Part shown: positions 5,521-8,006 of the stretch, piece by piece
How the letters are laid out: the number at the start of each line of letters is the position of its first letter
How positions within the stretch are numbered: position 1 is the first letter of the stretch
DNA from: Promethearchaeota archaeon
GTDB lineage: Archaea; Asgardarchaeota; Thorarchaeia; Thorarchaeales; Thorarchaeaceae
NCBI GenBank assembly: GCA_027031765.1
Contig: JALVPN010000141.1
Coordinates: 1-8,006, forward strand
Direction of reading: 5' to 3'
Length of the DNA stretch: 8,006 nucleotides
Notes under the pieces: generated by a model
Databases searched by the model: none
Told to the model about the DNA's origin: nothing
The model's input: only the letters and a program-made list of their open reading frames with translations
Translations under genes and position numbers: made by a program

Positions 5521-7520
5521 TGTGTATCACCCCCTGTTGCAGCCGCATCGGCGCTCAGCAGCCCGATGACCTCGGCACGCAGCTGGTAGTCCCTGAAGTT
5601 GCGCACCTGAATCGCACCGGTGGGGCACGCTGGCACACACAGACCGCAGCTCTTGCATGCGGCGTCGTTGACCACTGGGAGGCCGTCCTCACCGATGTTG
5701 ACTGCACCAATCGTGCACGTGGCCATGCAGGCCATGCACTTGATGCACAGTTGCGGGTCTATCTCAGCGGTGTCCATCCGCTTCTCAAGGTACCCCTTGA
5801 CCAGTGGCTGTGCAGCGGCTGAGGCAGCACCACCGGCATGGGCAACGGTCTGGGTGATGTCCTTCGGCCCCTGCACCGTGCCCGCAAGGTAGACGCCATC
5901 ACGACTGGAACGCACCGGGCCCATCTTGATGTGGAACTCCTTGGCAAAGCCCTCCTTCACGCGGAGCAGCTGCAGCTTGCCACCGAGCTTGCCGAAGCCC
6001 TTGGGTGCGACCATGCCGGCTGACAGTAGCACCAGGTCAGCCTCGATGGTCATCGGCCTGCATGCAAGTGTGTCCTCGACCTCGACCAGTATCTTCCCCG
6101 TTCTCGGGTCCGGAATGAGCTCTGCCGGCCGCCCCCGGATGAACCTGACGCCACGTTCCTGGGCCCTCTTGTAGTACTCCTCGTAGTGGAGCCCCGGGGC
6201 CCGGATGTCGATGTAGCAGAAGTAGACATCGGTGTCCGGCAGGTGCTCCTTCACCAGCGAGGCGTTCTTGAGGCCGTACATGCAGCAGACGCCCGTGCAG
6301 TACGCGTTGCCCACCTGCTCGTTGCGTGACCCGACGCACTGCACCACGACCACGGTCTTGGGCACCTTGCCGTCTGAGGGGCGGATGATCTTGCCGCCAG
6401 TGAGGGTGGTCGGTGCCATCATCCTCTCGAACTCGAGCTGAGTGATGATGTCTGGTGACTCGTAGTGGTAGGTCACGATCTCTGTGGGGTCGTACTGTTC
6501 GTAGCCCGTAGCAACAATAATCGTACCGACCTCGAACTTCCGCTTCTCCTTCTTCATGGAGAAGTCGATTGCCTCCACCGGGCAGACGGCCCTGCACGAA
6601 CCACAGTCGATACAGTGTCGCATGTCCACGGTGAACACTGATGGCAGGGCCTGTGGGAACGGCTTGTAGACCGCCTTGCGCAGGCCAAAGCCCATGTCCC
6701 ACTTGTTGGGGAGCTCCACAGGACAGACCTCTGCACAGCGCCCACAGGAGGTGCAGTTGTCATGGACGAACCGCGGCTGTGTGGTGACCTCCACTATGAA
6801 GTTACCCATCGAGCCCTCCACATCCGTGACCTCACTGAGCGTGAGCACCTCGATGTCAGGGTGGTTCATCACGCCGTTGAGCAGTGGGCTTATGGTACAC
6901 ATGGGGCACTCGTCAGTGGGGAACGTCTTGTTCAGCATGGTCATGTGACCGCCAATGGACGGCTCACGCTCCACCAGGACCACCGGGATGCCGAGCTCGG
7001 CAACGTCCATCGCAGCCCGCAGTCCCGCAACGCCACCGCCAATCACCATCACGCGCTTCGTCACCGGGATCTTGGTGGTCTCCACAGGCTCTACAAGTCT
7101 GGCTCGGGCAACGGCACCTGCCACCAGTCGTTTCGCCTTGCGGGTAGCCTCCTCCCTGCTCTCTGTCACCCACGAGTCCCACTCACGGATGTTGCACTGT
7201 ACGTGCTTGTGTGGGTTGAGGCCCTTCTCGGCAATGGCCGTGGCGAAGGTCGCCCAGTGCTGCTCTCTTGAACAGGAGGCGACCACGGTGGCTGTCAGGC
7301 CGTGCTCCTCCACGGCCCTCTTCACGAGCTCCACGCCCTGTTTTGAACACATGAACAGGTAGTCTGTGGCGTACTCCACATTGGGGAGGCCCCTAGCAAA
7401 ACGGGCCACCTCAGCCACGTCCACCTTACCGGCGATGTTCTCACCACAGTGGCATACGAAGACGCCCACCCGCGCCTCCTCGGAGGACCCGTCCGCAGCG
7501 GCAGGCCGTGCACCGGTCAC
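5517..7520 (-). CDS. hdrA: Heterodisulfide reductase flavoprotein subunit A
   Basis: RVGVFVCHCG, VIGGGVAG (FAD), SIGGHM..LNKTFPTDECPMC, an inserted ferredoxin (CTSCGRCAEVCP, CIDCGSCRAVCP), QLEFERM, QCVGSR....NAYCTGVCCMYGLKN, GVYLAGTVQGPKDI and a C-terminal ferredoxin (CIKCMACMATC, CKSCGLCVPACP). The start is reassigned from ATG 7673 to GTG 7520 because the extra 51 codons overlap hdrB and the intergenic spacer. Confidence 0.95.
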   Translation of the reverse strand: MTGARPAAADGSSEEARVGVFVCHCGENIAGKVDVAEVARFARGLPNVEYATDYLFMCSKQGVELVKRAVEEHGLTATVVASCSREQHWATFATAIAEKGLNPHKHVQCNIREWDSWVTESREEATRKAKRLVAGAVARARLVEPVETTKIPVTKRVMVIGGGVAGLRAAMDVAELGIPVVLVEREPSIGGHMTMLNKTFPTDECPMCTISPLLNGVMNHPDIEVLTLSEVTDVEGSMGNFIVEVTTQPRFVHDNCTSCGRCAEVCPVELPNKWDMGFGLRKAVYKPFPQALPSVFTVDMRHCIDCGSCRAVCPVEAIDFSMKKEKRKFEVGTIIVATGYEQYDPTEIVTYHYESPDIITQLEFERMMAPTTLTGGKIIRPSDGKVPKTVVVVQCVGSRNEQVGNAYCTGVCCMYGLKNASLVKEHLPDTDVYFCYIDIRAPGLHYEEYYKRAQERGVRFIRGRPAELIPDPRTGKILVEVEDTLACRPMTIEADLVLLSAGMVAPKGFGKLGGKLQLLRVKEGFAKEFHIKMGPVRSSRDGVYLAGTVQGPKDITQTVAHAGGAASAAAQPLVKGYLEKRMDTAEIDPQLCIKCMACMATCTIGAVNIGEDGLPVVNDAACKSCGLCVPACPTGAIQVRNFRDYQLRAEVIGLLSADAAATGGDTQ
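5526..5534 (-). promoter_or_regulatory. Shine-Dalgarno site GGGGGTGAT for mvhD
   Basis: It lies within the hdrA 3' end, 5 nt before GTG 5520. Confidence 0.65.
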
Positions 7521-7581
7521 GTCATGCGCACTGCTCTCCCCGTGGGACTCGCTCCTCTGCTCCTGCCTGTCCTTCTCCTTT

Positions 7582-8006
7582 TTATCCTTCTTCTTCGTCT
7601 TCGTCTTCGTCAAGAGGGGCCGCCTCCAGCTTGAAGTCACTTGCTGTGACCTGGTACTTGATACCGACATCATCCATCCCCATGCAGAAGGCCACGAGCT
7701 GGGAGATGTGGATCACAGGGATGTTGAAGTCGGTCCCGTACTGTTCGTTGAGTGTCTTCTGCCCGCCATCAAACTGCAGGTGACAGAAGGGGCAAATGTC
7801 GATGATAGCCTCGGCGTCGCTCTCGGCAATTGCGGCCATCTTCTCGCCCAGCATCTTCATTGACGTGTCAGCATGAGCTGCCTTGACGCCGCCACCAGCA
7901 CCGCAGCAGGCGTGCTTCCGCCGGTAGTCCACACACTCCACTCCGAGGGCCTCGAGGAAGTCCTCAAGTATGGTCGGGTCCTCGGGGTCGTCAATCTGTT
8001 TGATAT
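7582..8006 (-). CDS. hdrB: Heterodisulfide reductase subunit B, C-terminal part (CCG domain); 5'-truncated by the window edge
   Basis: The frame is open from the window end (IKQIDDPEDPTILEDFLEALGVECVDYRR). CCGAGGGV and DICPFCHLQFD are CCG-domain/non-cubane cluster motifs; IPVIHISQLVAFCMG follows. Stop TAA at 7582-7584. Confidence 0.93.
   Translation of the reverse strand, partial: IKQIDDPEDPTILEDFLEALGVECVDYRRKHACCGAGGGVKAAHADTSMKMLGEKMAAIAESDAEAIIDICPFCHLQFDGGQKTLNEQYGTDFNIPVIHISQLVAFCMGMDDVGIKYQVTASDFKLEAAPLDEDEDEEEG
7588..7611 (-). repeat. Short purine microsatellite (GACGAA)3(GAA)2 encoding the acidic tail DEDEDEEE of HdrB
   Basis: Read directly from the sequence: gac gaa gac gaa gac gaa gaa gaa, just before gga taa. 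Confidence 0.7.

Noticed and set aside
7165-7200. HdrA N-terminal REWDSWVT with Asp where many HdrA have Cys (REHCSWVH)
   Set aside because: From memory, Asp at this position (REHDSWVH) occurs in ordinary methanogen HdrA proteins, so it is not distinctive.
7521-7673. Lys/Thr-rich N-terminal extension of HdrA (TKTKTKKKDKKEK) in the ORF track
   Set aside because: It is the hdrB acidic-tail repeat and the purine-rich spacer read in another frame. HdrA homology starts only near EEARVGVFVCHCG, and an in-frame GTG exists at 7520.
315-7863. Many alternative-frame and antisense ORFs (e.g. 3246..3887 +, 6037..6702 -, 6762..7271 +, 7366..7863 +, 1325..1795 +)
   Set aside because: They overlap well-supported genes, have no recognisable motifs, and are expected shadow ORFs at about 60% GC.
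1-8006. rRNA, tRNA, CRISPR arrays, transposases or integrases
   Set aside because: None seen. The window is almost fully coding, with no repeat-spacer arrays, cloverleaf structures, terminal inverted repeats or recombinase motifs.

Overview
GC-rich (about 60% by eye) window, probably archaeal. Asgard/Thorarchaeia-like origin is an inference from the style of the surface-protein motifs and the Hdr/Mvh gene set. The + strand carries the 3' two-thirds of a FadH-like flavoprotein (2..1150), converging on a minus-strand gene for a membrane-anchored parallel beta-helix (NosD/CASH) protein that a 2-nt frameshift splits at an (AC)3 run. The rest is one tightly coupled minus-strand operon: hdrB (partial) - hdrA - mvhD - [mvhG fused to a vestigial large subunit] - [ferredoxin-FrhB-winged-HTH fusion] - tusA-family gene. 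The main result is that this Hdr/Mvh module has no functional [NiFe]-hydrogenase gene within the window. MvhG keeps all 12 Fe-S cysteines but is fused to a roughly 150-aa collinear skeleton of MvhA that lacks both Ni-binding CxxC motifs and the catalytic EAPRG arginine. An FpoF/FrhB-like flavoprotein with a DNA-binding-type tail and a TusA sulfur carrier follow. This suggests a nickel-free 'pseudo-hydrogenase' adaptor feeding an electron-bifurcating Hdr complex, possibly acting on persulfides. Reference motifs are quoted from memory of these families; no database search was run, so novelty is unverified.
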